Shown one piece after another: positions 62,101 to 64,000 of a stretch of 64,000 nt of DNA (position 1 is its first letter; each line of letters begins with the position of its first letter). Source of the DNA: Eledone cirrhosa. Its lineage: Eukaryota. Both the position numbers and the translations under genes were made by a program. Under the pieces are notes generated by a model. That model was not told the DNA's origin, searched no databases, and worked only from the letters and a program-made list of their open reading frames with translations. The stretch is from positions 271,436,001 through 271,500,000 of the forward strand of contig OZ024743.1 of NCBI GenBank assembly GCA_964016885.1, read 5' to 3'.

Positions 62101-64000
62101 CGGCTGAGTGTGAGAGTGGTAAGTATTAGTTCTGATATATAAAGGACTGTATTAACCCATGGCTGAGTGTGAGAGTGGTAAGTATTAGTTCTGATATATA
62201 AAGGACTGTATTAACCCATGGCTGAGTGTGAGAGTGGTAAGTATTAGTTCTGATATATAAAGGACTGTATTAACCCATGGCTGAGTGTGAGAGTGGTAAG
62301 TATTAGTTCTGATATATAAAGGACTTTATTAACCCACGAGTGTGAGAGTGGTAAGTATTAGTTCTGATATATAAAGGACTGTATTAACTCATGGCTGAGT
62401 GTGTGAGTGGTAAGTTTTAGTTCTGATATATAAAGGACTGTATTAACCCATGGCTGAGTGTGAGAGTGGTAAGTATTGGTTCTGATATATAAAGGACTGT
62501 ATTAACCCATGGCTGAGTGTGAGAGTGGTAAGTATTAGTTCTGATATATAAAGGACTGTATTAACCCATGGCTGGGTGTGAGAGTGGTAAGTATTAGTCT
62601 TGATATATAAAGGACTGTATTAACCCATGGCTGAGTGTGAGAGTGGTAAGTATTAGTCTTGATATATGAAGGAGTGTATTAACCAATGGCTGAGTGTGAG
62701 AGTGGTAAGTATTAGTCTTGATGTATAAAGGACTGTATTAACACATGGCTGAGTGTGAGAGTGGTAAGTATTAGTCTTGATATATAAAGGACTGTATTAA
62801 CCCATGGCTGAGTGTGAGAGTGGTAAGTATTAGTTCTGATATATAAAGGACTGTATTAACCCATGGCTGGGTGTGAGAGTGGTAAGTATTAGTCTTGATA
62901 TATAAAGCACTGTATTAACCCATGGCTGGGTGTGAGAGCGGTAAGTATTAGTCTTGATATATAAAGGACTGTATTAACCCATGGCTGAGTGTGAGAGTGG
63001 TAAGTATTAGTCTTGATATATAAAGGACTGTATTAACCCATGGCAGAGTGTGAGAGTGGTAAGTATTAGTTCTGATATATAAAGGACTGTATTAACCCAT
63101 GGCTAGGTGTGAGAGTGGTAAGTATTAGTTCTGATATATAAAGGACTTTATTAACCAATGGCTGGGTGTGAGAGTGGGAAGTATTAGTTCTGATATATAA
63201 AGGACTGTATTAACCCATGGCTGAGTGTGAGAGTGGTAAGTATTAGTTCTGATATATAAAGGACTGTATTAACCCATGGCTGAGTGTGAGAGTGGTAAGT
63301 ATTAGTTCTGATATATAAAGGACTGTATTAACCCACGAGTGTGAGAGTGGTAAGTATTAGTTCTGATATATAAAGGACTGTATTAACTCATGGCTGAGTG
63401 TGAGAGTGGTAAGTATTAGTTCTGATATATAAAGGACTGTATTAACCCATGGCTGAGTGTGAGAGTGGTAAGTATTGGTTCTGATATATAAAGGACTGTA
63501 TTAACCCATGGCTGAGTGTGAGAGTGGTAAGTATTAGTTCTGATATATAAAGGACTGTATTAACCCATGGCAGAGTGTGAGAGTGGTAAGTATTAGTTCT
63601 GATATATAAAGGACTGTATTAACCCATGGCTAGGTGTGAGAGTGGTAAGTATTAGTTCTGATATATAAAGGACTTTATTAACCAATGGCTGGGTGTGAGA
63701 GTGGGAAGTATTAGTTCTGATATATAAAGGACTGTATTAACCCATGGCTGAGTGTGAGAGTGGTAAGTATTAGTTCTGATATATAAAGGACGGTATTAAC
63801 CCATGGCTGAGTGTGAGAGTGGTAAGTATTAGTTCTGATATATAAAGGACTGTATTAACCAATGGCTGGGTGTGAGAGTGGTAAGTATTAGTTCTGATAA
63901 ATAAAGGACTGTATTAACCCATGGCTGAGTGTAGGAGTGGTAAGTATTAGTCTTGATATATAAAGGACTGTATTATCCCATGGCTGAGTGTGAGAGTGGT
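35170..64000. repeat. 59-bp satellite array (>28.8 kb, ~490 units, runs off the window end), presumably intronic
   Basis: Consensus GATATATAAAGGACTGTATTAACCCATGGCTGAGTGTGAGAGTGGTAAGTATTAGTTCT, with recurring variants (TTCT/TCTT, GAG/GGG, CCA/CAA). Confidence 0.98.

Noticed and set aside
35170-64000. CRISPR array, telomeric repeat or coding repeat
   Set aside because: There are no spacers, no TTAGGG-type unit and no ORFs in the track. It is a plain satellite.

Overview
Repeat-rich animal genomic DNA, probably a coleoid cephalopod such as Octopus (inferred from the tRNA-derived SINE, RTE 3' tails and microsatellite load; not verified). One host gene is visible on the minus strand: the 3' part of a polycystin (PKD/TRPP) family channel gene with four phase-compatible exons (35114-34524, 26388-25843, 24576-24521 and probably 5991-5770). 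Its introns and flanks hold decayed non-LTR retrotransposons (several RTE, plus CR1, CRE, R4/Dong-like and Tx1-like 3' ends), at least seven SINE copies, a non-autonomous Helitron, an 8.2-kb ~49-bp minisatellite that switches orientation, and a >28-kb 59-bp satellite with a 57-monomer higher-order repeat. The main finding is at 17153-23318: ~12.3 near-identical 465-bp units plus one inverted 423-bp unit. Each unit carries a minimal type I hammerhead ribozyme with a palindromic stem III, and the whole block is flanked by an 11-bp direct repeat. This fits a recently inserted retrozyme-like (circular-RNA-templated, twin-primed) non-autonomous retroelement. The short 60/61-aa ORFs called in it are probably spurious.
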